Below are positions 1 through 12,311 of a DNA stretch of 64,000 nucleotides, in pieces; the first letter of the stretch is position 1, and every line of letters starts with the position of its first letter. The position numbers were made by a program, and so were the translations under genes. The notes below the pieces were generated by a model. That model had not been told where the DNA came from. It was given only the letters and a program-made list of their open reading frames with translations, and ran no database searches. Source of the stretch: Piromyces finnis finn (taxonomy: Eukaryota; Fungi; Neocallimastigomycota); assembly GCA_002104945.1 (NCBI GenBank), contig MCFH01000021.1, forward strand, positions 744,001 through 808,000, given 5' to 3'.

Positions 1-1827
1 TTTATTGATATTTACAAACACCAGCAAGTGGTAGCATAATATTAAAAAATTGAATAGTATTTTTTATTCCTATTTAATAATTATATTATTTAATATAATA
101 TTCATCATATTTTTCTTTTTTTTTTTTTTTTTAATGTAAAAAAGTATTTCAAGAAATATATATTACCTTTTTCATCATTACTAATAGTTTGCATTTGTTC
201 TTCTGTTGTACTTATGTAGAAATTTAATCTTATCATAAATATTGATGTTAAAAGTGTGATTAAACTTTATAATATTATTATAATAGAAATTTCTCATTAG
301 TAAATTCCTTTTTTTTTTTTTTTTTGTTTTAATTTACAATTTTAATATTAAAAAAAATCAATATTAGAATTAATATATACATATATTCTTTTGTTTTCAT
401 TTGTTCCCATGAAGACATTTCTTTTATATCTTTAACTTTATTTTCGTTTTGTTCATGTTGTGAAATAATGGATTGATAATTGGATATTGCTGTTGGAAGG
501 TCTTCTTCTTCATCTTTTGAACCTAATAAACTTGAAGTTTCATTTGGTTCATTATTGATTTGTTGATTACTTGTTTCGGACCATTGCAAAGATGTTTCCG
601 GCATTAAAAATGAATTTGCTATATATACATATTATTTGTTGTTAATTAAACATTAAGGTTTTAATAATTATATAAATAAACAATATTTAAATACCAATAA
701 AAATAATAACTGGAACTATCATATATATTAAGAAGAATGTTTGAATAGAATATTTTCTATCGAAATAATAAAATAATTTCTAAATAAAAAAAATATAAAA
801 TAATAATATTTAATTACAAAGGATAAACAAATATGTTATCATATATATTTATATAGATATATATTACATTAAATAATAAAAATATAATGGAACTGGCATC
901 AAAACTTCCAGTTAATGCTGCCATAATAAGACCAGATTTATTCGGAAAAACTGTACTAAAATGTAATGTCTTTTTTATTATTTAAAATTAGAAAAAAAAA
1001 ACAAGTAATATTTAAGTTTACTTAATAGTTACTCACCGAAATAAAAATAAAAGGACCTGCAATTCCTAACAATAAAAATCCAACTAAATAGCCATTAAAG
1101 GCTATTAAAATAAATAATATAATATTTTCTTTAATTTTAACGTTAAAATTAATATAGGTTGAAAATTCTTTTTATCTTACTTGGTCCACTTAAACCGAAT
1201 AATAAGCAACCGAGAAAGAACAAAATGCTTCCAATATAACAAGAAACTCTAGGTCCATATTTATCTAATATATATCCAATTGGAAGAGAGAAAGCCTAAT
1301 AAAAATTTATTTATTAAATATATCTATTAATATCTTTGTTTAATCCATTTTATAATTTTAATCACTTACATTAGTAGCAGTGGAAGCTAATGAGAACATT
1401 AAACTAAATTTTAATATTTGTTCATTGCACTATAAAATAATTTTAAAATTAATTTTATATATATGTTGAAATAAAAGGAAAAAAACATTATTAAATATTT
1501 ACTTGAGTTATTTCACCATTTTGTTCAACATTTTCACATAATTCAAAATATACTTTATTTTCAATTAAAATGGATTTTAATGCTTGAAAACTATATAAAA
1601 AAAGTTTAAAATATTAAATATCATTGTTAGGTTATTTCTGTTATTGAATTAAAATAAGAATAAAGATTTTACCCAAATATAATTCCAGAAGTTGTTAGTG
1701 CCGAAAATACACCAAAAACAACTAAAAGAATTTTTCTTGTAAAACTTAATTCTTTATATAGATATCAATAATTAATACCCTTATTATAACATATATAATT
1801 TTAATTATTTTTACCTGTAATTTCCAT
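1..1827 (-). CDS. MFS transporter, FMP42 / SLC43 (LAT3)-like; multi-exon, 3' end runs off the window
   Basis: Hand-spliced exons read MEIT-ELSFTRKILLVVFGVFSALTTSGIIFG-FQALKSILIENKVY...CNEQILKFSLMFSLASTATN and later SIFMIRLNFYISTTEEQMQ...IQFFNIMLPLAGV. These match my recollection of the FMP42 family TM1 (GxxFGFxALKxIL) and the MLRxNYF motif. ATG at 1827-1825, GT-AG introns; track ORF 329..604 is the central loop. Confidence 0.8.
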
Positions 1828-2701
1828 TTAGGTATTAATAAATGTTACTTTAGATATATTGTAAATTTTTATTATAATGTTGATATTGTATTTATAATTA
1901 TGTAATAATATTCTTATTTATCGACTTAATATAAAATATTTTAATTTATTTTTATATCATTTTAAACTTCAAAAAAAAAAAAAAAAGTTTCCTCTTTTTT
2001 ATCTTTATATCTTTTTAAAAATATATATATATATGTAAAGCTTTTATATTTTTAATAAATTTTCAACTATAGATAATTTTAAATACTAATAAAATTTAAT
2101 ATTTATTTTAATTTAATGTATTTTTTATTTTTTTGGATAAAATTAAAAAAAAACATTGATCTTTTAATACTAAGAAAATGTCATATGATCAATATGATAT
2201 TAATATGAAATCTAACTTGTGACACCAAATATTGTAACATATTATTTTGTTTATTTATTTAATCCAATTATTTAGTATCAAATGATTATACCTTAATATA
2301 GTAATACTTATTAATGATCTTTAATTTTAAATAATAATGTTTTTATTATTTAAATTATTAATTTGAATTTTCTTTTTAAGGAATATACTTTTACATGATA
2401 CTTGGAATGAATTACTTAAATAATTAAATAATAATTAATACCAATTATAATAAAATTAATGATCACTTCTAGCATTACATTCAAATAACATTATTTAATT
2501 TTATATTTATTAGTAATAGTATTACACATAAAAATATTTACTTGTTAGAATGTATATTAAATTATTTATAATTTATTATAAAATACACAATAAAATATTA
2601 ATAATAGACTATTAATAATATACCTATAATATATTCTAAATTCTACCTTATTACTAGTATTATATAAAATATTCATATTTTTACTATTTAAAATTATATA
2701 C

Positions 2702-2748
2702 AATTTTTTTTTTTTTTTTTTTTTTGAATTTATCTATTTATTTATAAT

Positions 2749-2795
<47 letters not shown>

Positions 2796-2817
2796 AATTT
2801 ATCTATTTATTTATAAT

Positions 2818-2859
<42 letters not shown>
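2702..2859. repeat. Three poly(T) tracts separated by two identical 24-bp units (GAATTTATCTATTTATTTATAATG)
   Basis: Exact unit read at 2726-2749 and 2795-2818. Confidence 0.9.
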
Positions 2860-2860
<1 letters not shown>

Positions 2861-2869
2861 AAAATTCAA

Positions 2870-5800
2870 TTAATATATACAGAATACGATAATTTTTTTA
2901 TTTTCATAATTTGCAAATAATAATCCAGGTGTATTTTCATTAGTTAATAAGGTGCGCGGATATATATAATGAAAAGATAAGGATAGAACCTTACTATTTT
3001 TTACAACTATTAAAAAAATTATATTATTATTATATAAAAATTAATATACTAACTAATATAATATATAATTTATATAGAGTATGAAAATTACCACAATTAG
3101 AGCTTGTTGAATGGTTTAATATTGCACTAATTTCTCGACTATTCTTTTCCCATAGAACAATTTTTCCACTGTTAAAGCCAATAAATATATAGTTTTCAGA
3201 ATCTTCATAGCAAGTTATATCTTCATTACTAACAATTATATAATTTAATAAGTATGTTAAATTTAATATTTATTAATTTAATATATATTGTTTTATAAAT
3301 TTTTATTTAAAAAAATATTTATTCTATTTTATATTACTTTATTATATTTCCACTAACAGACGTTTGATAAAATGTATTGTCTTTTAGTATGCTTTTCAAA
3401 AATGTATATATTCCAAAATTTTCTTTTTTTAAACAAAGGTCGCTATTTAGGTCAATGATTGATTTTTCTTTTTCTTTATTTGCATATGCACTGTTTGATA
3501 TTGAATATAATATTATGGAATAATAATTATTAATATTATTTTTGCATTCATTAGAAATAATATTATCATTTTCATTATTATGTTGATTTAATTGATTTAG
3601 GTATTCAATTGGAGGAATAATAGAAGAAATTAATTTAATGTTTTCATTTATTGGTATCGATGATAATAAAATTTCAGATGAAATCTCTTTAGTCTTAATT
3701 TTCCTAAAGTTTATTAATTTATTTTTTCAATATAAATAAACATAAAATTTTGACTATTTAGTAACAATAACTGCAACTACTATGATATTATTTTATATAA
3801 CTTACCATATAACTATTTTATCTCTCATTAAACCAATTATAGATGGAGTATCATTATCATAAGACAGGATACTTATTAATGGAGAAGATGAATTCTTGGA
3901 TATTGGGTAAGTACAACTTTCTATTTTACTAATAATATTGTAAATAGAACTCTCTTAATACATTTTATGTTATTAAAAAATATATTATGAATAATTTTAT
4001 AATACCTTAAATTTTTTTTAATTGTAAATTCAATTAATTGTCCATTTTTATATCCAGGAATAAATAGTTTATTGTTTGCTTCTTCAAAACCCATTTCTTT
4101 TTTTTTAATGTTATATTCATTTAAAGGAAAACAAATTTTTGAAAATGTATAATTATTTAATTTAAAATCAAAATTTTCATTTATTGGAATAGTTATATTA
4201 TCATTGATTTTAATATCAAGGTATATTTCATTAAGGGTATATATATCAATAATCAATCCACATCGATAATAATTATCTTTTGGTTTCTTAATATAATTAC
4301 TTCCAACAATTACTATATACTCATTAGTTGGTGATATTTTTATATCTTTTATTTCTTTACAAAAATTCTTATTAAAGAAAAATATAAAATATTAAAAATA
4401 AAAAAAAAATTAATATATAAAAAATTTTTTAATTTTTTAAAAACTCATACATTTTAATATACCTTTAGCCTCTCAGAATACTTTGTCCAATTACAATGAT
4501 TTTCATTCATTGAAGAATTTAAATGAATATCATATTTCCATATTTCAATAGATTTTTCTGTTTCCATTATTAACCAATTTTTAGTAGCATCATTTGCATA
4601 TTTTCCTGCAACTACTTTTCTAACATTTTTATTTAAATGTAAGCAATGACAACATGTATCATTTATTGGTTCTTTATTTTTGTGATTTTTATTTGGTATC
4701 AATATTGATTTTAATCTATTAATTTTTAAAGAGTATTCCTTATTTTTATTGAAATTATTATTATCTCTACTAAAATAGTTATTTGATAATAATAAAGAAA
4801 AATCATTTTTTAATTTATTTGATAAATTGCTATTAAAATTCTTATTAAATTTCATTTTTCTATTTTTATTGTTGCTTTTCTCTTCATCTTCTATTTTGGG
4901 GTTTTCTAATTTATCTGAATTTTTAGTATTACTAATAATATTTATATGCTGTAATTTTAATGCATTTTCTGGACAATTATTAGAATAATTAGTATAATTA
5001 TTTGTAGTTCCTTTTTTATATTTACTTTTCTCTAATTCCGTATGAATTTTTGAATTTGAATCAATTCGTGATACATTTTTATTTTTCATAACATCTAATA
5101 ATATGTTTTCATTTTTGTTTGGACTTTCTCCTAATTTTTTGAGCGTACCCTCTTCCATAATTAATGCATTATTATGTTTAATTTTTTCATTATTTTGACT
5201 TTTTAATTTTAAATTCATTTTATCTTTATTTAAGTCATCATTATTTGGTAATAATGGTAATTTTTTATTATCCTCTAATGAAGTTTCTTTTGAACTAAAA
5301 TCATTAAGTGAATGCATTTTTTTTTCAAAGTTTATATTATTCTCTATTTCATTTATTTGACTATTATCAAAAATTAAATCATCATTTTGGGAATTATCTA
5401 TTATCATTTGGTTTTCATAATTATCAAAATTAAAACTATCAACATAATTATAATTTGATAATTCTTTTTTTTCACTCGCTACAACATTAGAATTGGGTGT
5501 TTTATCAATTTTTATATTATCTTTATCATCATAATGTGATGATAAATCCAAAACAATCGTTTGTTTCTCTTTTTCAGCTTTCATATCTAGTGATGATATT
5601 ATTATATCATCAGAATCATCACTAATTAAATTATCATTATTTTCGTTTTTTTTGTATTCATTATTATCATCTGATAACTTTGATAATAAAAGAATATCTT
5701 CGTCTGTATCTTTAAAAAGATCCGCTGACAAAGGTTCTGGTTCAAAACACACATTGTCATTTGTTTTAGAACAAAAATTTTGCTTTTTATTATCAAAATT

Positions 5801-6626
5801 TTCAATAATTTTATCTTCGAGAATTTTGTTTTCTCCATCAATAATATTTTTTTCTTTATCATTCTCATCTAAAATTATAATGTCAATAGGATTATGATTT
5901 AATTTCTTACTTAAGTTTTCATTATTATTTACTATATTATCTTTATATTTATTGCTGTTTCCATTTATTAAATTTGAGGAAGTATTAATTTCTTTTGAAA
6001 ATTTTAAAATTTCATTTGTAAAGTGCTTAGCCTCTTCAAAATGTAATTCATACTTAACTTTTCCTTTTTTCTTTAAAATATCGTTTTTGTTAGTTTTAGT
6101 AATTTTCTTTTTTTCTTTCTCTTTCTGTGTAGTATTTTTTATTTTTAAATCATTTTTTATATGCTCTTCTTCCAAAGGACTAATTAATTGTTGATTTGAA
6201 AAATTAATCTCTTTCTTTCTTAAATCTTTTCTATTATCTATTAATTTTTATTAATATTAATAATAATAGTGTTACTATAATTCAATAAGATTAGGATTTT
6301 TGTTTCTTTTAATATTTATTAAAATTAAATATCATTAATAACAATACAATACCTGGAGTAATTGTAGGTGATATATATTTCGAAAGGTCATTTCCTAATA
6401 CTTTATCATTAAATTTAAATGGACTTTTTTCACCAATACCAAATACTAAAGAAAGTCTTTGCTTTTTATGTTTATGGAATTCATTTTCAACTTCAATATT
6501 ATCGTTATTTTTAACTTCATTTTCATTTAAATTTATAAAATTATCTCTAAATTCATTATAATTACATTTAGCATTTTTTGTAAAAATTACATTCTTTTTA
6601 TTTTTATTATTGTTATTTTCAGTCAT
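2870..6626 (-). CDS. Roughly 1,100-aa protein: long low-complexity/disordered N-terminus and C-terminal WD40-like beta-propeller (possible PALB2-like)
   Basis: Track ORFs 6309..6626, 4454..6175 and 3921..4256 join via GT-AG introns to downstream exons: SCTYPISKNSSSPLISILSYDNDTPSIIGLMRDKIVIW, EDITCYEDSENYIFIGFNSGKIVLWEKNSREISAIL and LLFANYENKKIIVFCIY* (stop 2872-2870). The gene is well supported; the family identity is tentative. Confidence 0.65.
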
Positions 6627-7180
6627 AGTTTTGGTAAATTTTTATTTATCATAATTATTAAAACTTATAAATTAAAATAAATTTAATTCTTAAAGAAATC
6701 TTTAAAAATTTAATTCTATGTATTATATATTATTACATTAATAATTTAATTCTAACACATTTTAAACCTATTTTAAAATGTTAAAATTATATTAATTTTT
6801 TGTATTGTTAAGATTTTCTGTATTTATAATATAGTAATATATGAATTAAAAAAAAATAATAATAAAAATTTTTTTAATATATTATTTTTTATTTTTCTTT
6901 AATAACTTTTTATGGTGCTACAAAGAAATGAAAACATTTTTATAAATTTAATGTTAATTTTTATTTAACAATATTACATATTTAAAAAGGTTTTTTTATA
7001 TTTTATTTTTCATTAGTTATTCAAAATATATAATTTATCTTAATCCCTGTGATATAATTTATTTTTTAGATATAGCAATATGTTGTTTTTCTAATATATT
7101 TTTTACTATAAAATTTTTACAGCATTATAATAAAATAGCTATTATAATTTTAAATAATTACATAAAAAAAAATTATAATT

Positions 7181-10100
7181 CTATTTTAAAATTTGGCTCC
7201 CAGATATTTCTATTGATATTTCTGGTAGTTTTAGTCCCTCCACAAATGTTCTTTTTTCTTTTTTAATGTTATTATTTTTTTTATTAATATTTATTTTATT
7301 TTTTTTATTCTTACTATATTTTTTAATATTTTTCTCTTGTGAATTATCATTTTTTTGTTTTTTTAAACCTGAGCATTCATTTATTAATGGTGTAAATTCT
7401 ATTTTGTCATTTTTATTATTATTGGTTTTACTATTATCATTATTATCATGATATTTATTATGCCGATTTGAAAGATGGGATCTTAATAAATTCTTTTCTT
7501 TATAATTATTTATTATATTTGTATTATCAATATTTTCTTTTAAATTAATTATTGGTTTAGATATTAATATTAAATTTTGAGCAATATTATTTAAATCATT
7601 ACGATTTTTATCTTTTATTTTTTCTTTAGTATTAATTTTTGTTTTTGATTTTGATTTCTTGATATCTGATTTACTTCTACTTCTACTACTACAACTAGTA
7701 CTACTACTACTACTACTACCGCTACTATTATTATTATTATTATTAGCATCATCATTATTATTACTACCATTATTTTTACTTTTAGGTCTATTAATAGTTG
7801 AACTATTTATTTCTAAGATATCTAATGAATCCTCTTTACTCAATTTATTATTTATTAACGATTTTTCATGATGGTTGCTTCTAATTTTTTGTCCTTTTTT
7901 ATTTAAATTATTATCTTCAATTATATCTTCAAATTTTATTGCTGAATTACCACATATAAATAAATTTTTTGTTTCATTTTTCTTATCGGATGAAGAGGAT
8001 GCAGTATTATCACTACTATTGTTATTTAATTCTTTATTTGCTTCCTTTTTCTTCTTTTTATTTTTTTTCTCATCTAATTCAGGATATGAATTTGCTCTAA
8101 AAATATAATATTAATATACAACAAAAATTAAATAATGATCAAGTATTATATATTTAATTACTTATATATATTAGACTCCATATTTGGTATAGAATCTTCT
8201 GAATCGTCTTTAATTATTGAAGAATATGCTGCAAGTCCACATATCGGACAAGTTGATCTAGTATGCAATAACCATTTATCTTTTTTAATTATATAGTTTA
8301 CGTGATTATTAATAAATAATATTTATGAATTTAAAAATTATTCCACTAAAATTTTACCTATACAATTTTGATGAAAATTATGTTGGCATGGTAATTTCCT
8401 AATAATTTCATTCTTAAATAATATTATAATATTTTAAAAATTATAATAAATACTGAGTTTCTATTGTTTAATTTTCATATGGATTAAGCTTTTTAACTCA
8501 CCATTTTCACAGTAGTATTACATATAACACACGAATATTTATCTTTATCGCCATATTTAACTTTTTTAGTTGGAAAAGAATTAATAACATGTAAGGGAAT
8601 TGATCCTTGTATTACTTTTTGGTCTAATAATAATAATGTATTATAATCTTCTTCACTTAATTCTCTATTTTGAAGATTTTGGATTAAACCTTCCGGAAGT
8701 GTTGATTCAATATACCTTACAGACAATTCCCATAAATCTTTTTTAGATAATCTTCCTTTAAAAGTATGCTCACTATTTTTTGTATTTTAATTAATATAAT
8801 AAAGAAATTAAAATATATTTTTTAAAAATAATATATTATTACTGTACCTATGATTTCCTTTTAAAAAACAATTATCGCATAAATAATAATTCTTTATGAA
8901 TAAATTAATAAAAAGGTAGTTAGTTATTATTGTATATATAAAATATTTTTTAAATTAATAAAAATATACCTTACAAGAAGTACATTTATGACATTTTCCA
9001 TGTATTGGATTTACTGAGCAATGATGGCATATATATCCATAATGATTTAATTTTTTTTCCTTTTCTTTATATTTTTTACTTTTCATTTTATTATTAATAT
9101 TTTGTAACTCTTTTTTGAATTCCTTAACGGTATCTAAAAATTATTAATACTATTAATATTAGTGTATAATGGTAATAATTTGGAAAAAATTTTTTATACT
9201 ATATAAAAAAAAAAGGGCATAGCATACTAAAATTATTTCTACATAACTAGTATACATGATATTTATTAAATGATATTTTATATTTTAGATATTTGATATT
9301 TTTATTATATTATTAAAGTATAATGTATATATATATATATTCAATTTACAGGGCATTTGATCATATCATCAGCGCTATTAGTACTTAATTGATGCTCCAT
9401 AACCATCTTCATGCAATTTCTAATCATAAGTAATAATAATTTAGTATAATTTAAGGATGCATATTATAAAATCATTTTAATAAATAAATTTATTATATTT
9501 ACACATGAATATTATTTCCACAAGATAATCGACAAAATGTTACAGGAGTGGGAGAATCTTTAAAAGTTTCTTGACAAATAGGACATATTTGATCATCTTC
9601 TATTTCTCTTTGTTTAACCTTACTGTTATATTTGTCCATATCATTTTCAGAGTCATCATTTTCTTTATCTTTCTCTTTATTTTTATGATGAGTTTTTTTA
9701 CTCTTTCTTAGCCTTGCATCTCTCAATTCTAACAATAAATTAATTTCACGATTAATTAATGATAATTGATATAATATTTCATTATCTTCATTAATTCCAT
9801 AATATTTTAACATAATCCATAGTAAATGAACACATATATCTTTTTCTGACTTTTATAAATGAATAATAAAATTAATAAATTATTATTTCTTATTTTAATA
9901 TAAATAAAATAGATTTCATATATTTATTAATTTTATAAAACAATTTATTGATCTTTTATTTATTATAACTTTACTTGAAATGAACCGCATGTACATATTT
10001 GATGCTCTCCTAAGGATACTCTATATTTTATCCCTTTTTGCTTTTTTTCTGATATAAATTTATCTTCTCTTACAATAAATGCCAATGGTCCAAGTTCTTG

Positions 10101-10259
10101 AATTATATAAAATGAAGATTGTTTCGCTTTTTCAATTTTTTCTTTAAAGTTCTTGTTTATTATTTATCATATATTAGAATTAAATATATTAAACGTATAT
10201 TACATATATATATTTGTTACATTTGGAGCTCTAGATCTATATGGGTATATTCTATCCAT
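7181..10259 (-). CDS. ZSWIM2: E3 ubiquitin ligase ZSWIM2-like (SWIM + RING + ZZ + RING-H2, Asn/Lys-rich tail)
   Basis: Spliced translation gives QELGPLAFIVRED...RVSLGEHQICTCGSFQ...CVHLLWIML (SWIM); QREIEDDQICPICQE...PVTFCRLSCGNNIHVNCM...KCPLCR (RING); CHHCSVNPIHGKCHKCTSC (ZZ); and RELSEEDYNTLLLLD...CVIC...[28 protein letters not shown] (RING-H2). Domain order matches ZSWIM2. Confidence 0.9.
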
Positions 10260-10757
10260 TTTTATTATTATTATTATTATTATTATTTTGCTTTATTTTA
10301 TTGAATATGAATGATAAAATGAAAATATTTAAAACTTTAAAATTAAATCACCAAAATTAATATAATTTTTAATTAAATGAAAAGGTTATTTTCTATAAAT
10401 TTTTAAATTATAAAAAATAATTATTAGTATTAAAAAACTTTAAAACAAAATTGTTGATTTTGTGTCTTTTATACGTTTTATTAATAATATATTTAGCTTA
10501 ACACATTATATTAACTAATGAAAATGTATTATTCATTATAATTAATTTTTATATTTAATATGTTTTATTTATAAATATATATATATATATAGTATACACG
10601 TTTTTACATAAATATTTTATACAATAAAATAGCTGTTATAATTTATTTTACTTTATTAAGTTATGAAATATATAAATATCAATTTGAAAAGTTGAAATAA
10701 TAAAAAACAATTAATAATATTCAAAATTAATATATAATTAAAAAATGATAATTTTTT

Positions 10758-11342
10758 TTATTTTTTGGCGAATGAAACTTTAATAGCATTAGATTCAGAC
10801 ATTTGATAACCGTTCAATATTTGTTTTGCAATTCCTGCTTGTTGTTCTGTTTCATATTCAATGAAAGCTATATTTAATTAAAAGAAAAAAAAACAGTAAA
10901 AAAAAATAATAAATAATAAAATTAAATTTAATACTCTTTGATATATTAATTATTCAATTTTAATAATAGTCATTTTTGAATAAAAAAAAAAAATTATAAT
11001 TCATACCAAGATCTTTCTTTCCAGGTACAAGACGAACTTCTTTAAATCCAGGGTATCTAATTTTATTAATATTTAATAAACGAACATATTTAATAAATCT
11101 TCTTTTACTCTCTTCAAAAATAAGTATAAAATATTTTTTAAAAGAAAAAAAAAACATACTGTTGGAATAATGATGAAACAGATTGCTTGGTAACATCTTC
11201 TGGTAAATTTTGTATAAAAAGAATATTGTTTGGTATTTCGTATACAATTGGTACAACAGCTAATTATTTTGTTTTAAATTGATTGAAAAAAAATATTAAT
11301 AATATTTTATAATTTATAATTTGATATTATATATTAATTTAA

Positions 11343-11402
<60 letters not shown>

Positions 11403-12311
11403 TCATTAATACATACATGGTTGTACAACAGGTGCTTCCTTAGGCTTCTTGGCTTCCTTTAATCTGCGTTCTAATTATTAAATAAATCGTATTAGCATTT
11501 ATATTTGTCTTTATATCTATATTATAAAGTTAGGTAATAATACCTTTTTCTTCTTCTCTCTTGCGTTTTTGTTGTTCATATGTTCCTTCCATTTTTGCAA
11601 TAATATCACTATCAATTCTAGCGTATTGAATATCCTTATTATTTAAATAAAATGCATAATAATTATTATTAAATAATGTTTCTATTTAATATAGAAGAAA
11701 AAAAATTAATTAATTATACATACTAATAATTTATTATAGAATGGAAAACCCTGAATAACATTCAAAGCTCTTGTTGCACTTTCAACGTCTTTCATAACAA
11801 CAAAAGCTTGACCACGCATTCTTAAATTCTTTTTGATATTGATTTCCAAAATTTCCCCAAATGGAGAAAAAATAGCTTCTAATGATTTCTTCATTACTAT
11901 ATAAAAAATTAAATTAATGATAATATTTAATAAAAAAATATTTCATTCAATATTTTCATCTATTTGTTATTAGACAATACCATCTAATTTTATTCTTTCA
12001 TTTAAATTATGTACATATAAAGTTCTTCTTGGTGTTGTTGGTGGTGGATTTTTTGGTTGTTTTGGTGGTCCTTGTACAAATTTAAATTGTGGTGGTGGGG
12101 TAAACATTGCATTATCTGGTTGAGGTTGCCCTACCATTTGTGGGGCTGGATAAGGTGGAACAGCTCCTGCAAATGGAGGTGCAGTAGAGGCAGCATTTGG
12201 AACAACTGTTGGTGCACCAATTTGTGGTGGCATTTGAACCAACATTGGTTGTGGTGGAACACCCATTTGTACAGGTGCTGCTACAGGTGCTGCTTGTGTA
12301 GTTGCACTCAT
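10758..12311 (-). CDS. U1A/U2B'' (SNF-family) snRNP protein, two RRMs, with Pro/Gln-rich N-terminal extension
   Basis: RRM1 [14 protein letters not shown]...[17 protein letters not shown]...MRGQAFVV; RRM2 [12 protein letters not shown]...[22 protein letters not shown]...IKVSFAKK*. U1A versus U2B'' cannot be resolved by eye. Confidence 0.9.
11343..11403. repeat. (AAT)n microsatellite inside an intron of the snRNP gene
   Basis: Direct reading. Confidence 0.9.

Noticed and set aside
5626-6194. Short ORFs 5626..5868(-), 5652..5897(+) and 5952..6194(+)
   Set aside because: Alternative-frame or antisense shadows of the 573-aa exon.
7266-8108. Plus-strand Leu/Phe-rich ORFs
   Set aside because: Antisense of the Asn/Lys/Ser-rich ZSWIM2 tail; the hydrophobicity is a codon artefact.
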